Assembly: GCF_963921235.1 (NCBI RefSeq)
Contig: NC_086097.1
Coordinates: 232,068,001-232,132,000 of the forward strand
Direction: 5' to 3'
Origin: Mobula hypostoma
Taxonomy: Eukaryota
Length of the DNA: 64,000 nt
Of this stretch, positions 63,451-64,000 are shown piece after piece. Below the pieces are notes generated by a model. It searched no databases. It was not told where the DNA came from and was given only the letters and a program-made list of their open reading frames with translations. Position 1 is the first letter of the stretch; each line of letters opens with the position of its first letter. The translations under genes and the position numbers were made by a program.

Positions 63451-64000
63451 ACAACAGTGCAACAATACCATAACTTGATGAAGAACAGACCATGGCACAG
63501 TAAAAAAGTTCAAAGTCTCTTGAATGTTCCACATCTCACACAGTCGGGAGAAGAGAAGAAAACTCTCCCTGCCATGCCCGACCACAGTCCGACTCTGAGT
63601 CGTCCAATCAGCCCTCCGACACCAAGTACCGAGCACCATCTCTATCCGAACGCTTCGACCCCAGCCTCGGTAGCCAGCAGCAGGCAAAGCCAAGGATTTT
63701 GGGGCCTTCCCTCCGGAGATTCTCGATCGCACAGTAACAGCGGCAGCGGAAGGGCGTTTCAGAAATTTCTCCAGATGTTCCTCTGTACTTTCACATCTGT
63801 CTCCATCAAATCAGAATTGTCCACGGCCCCTATTTAACAGATACGATATCATTTCACCGGAGAGCTGCGTGCGCTGCGTCGCGCTGCCACCTTCTCCTCC
63901 CATATCCCTCATTCTCTGCATTTTCATGTGCCTATCTAAGAGTCTGTTAAATCTCTCTATCTTATCTGTCCACCCTCACCACTGGTAGTACATTTGAGGC

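Noticed and set aside
1..64000. CRISPR array, operon or prokaryotic defence system
   Set aside because: No regularly spaced repeat-spacer array and no gene-dense coding; the content is vertebrate interspersed repeats.

Overview
Eukaryotic, repeat-saturated non-coding DNA (intronic or intergenic). The repeat repertoire points to a cartilaginous fish, probably a ray (inference): V-SINE/HE1-like SINEs, a Deu-SINE relic, and abundant CR1, Rex1/Babar and Penelope-like elements. No host protein-coding gene, rRNA, true tRNA or CRISPR array could be supported, and nearly every listed ORF is a transposon fragment or its antisense. The main elements are a long but disabled Rex1/Babar LINE (6.1-9.2 kb), many CR1 copies (one young, with an open RT frame at 40.5-41.7 kb), L2 relics, RTE-tailed tRNA/CORE SINEs with clear target duplications, hAT MITEs, a Tc1 end, a solo LTR and a Gypsy 3' end. 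The most interesting signal is two Penelope-like families whose terminal repeats carry minimal hammerhead-ribozyme motifs. They repeatedly occur as fold-back (palindromic) micro-insertions, including a nearly spacerless ~200-bp palindrome with a hammerhead on each strand at 29074-29274. A hAT MITE also appears to carry a captured LINE RT fragment. Boundaries of degraded repeats are approximate and were read by eye.
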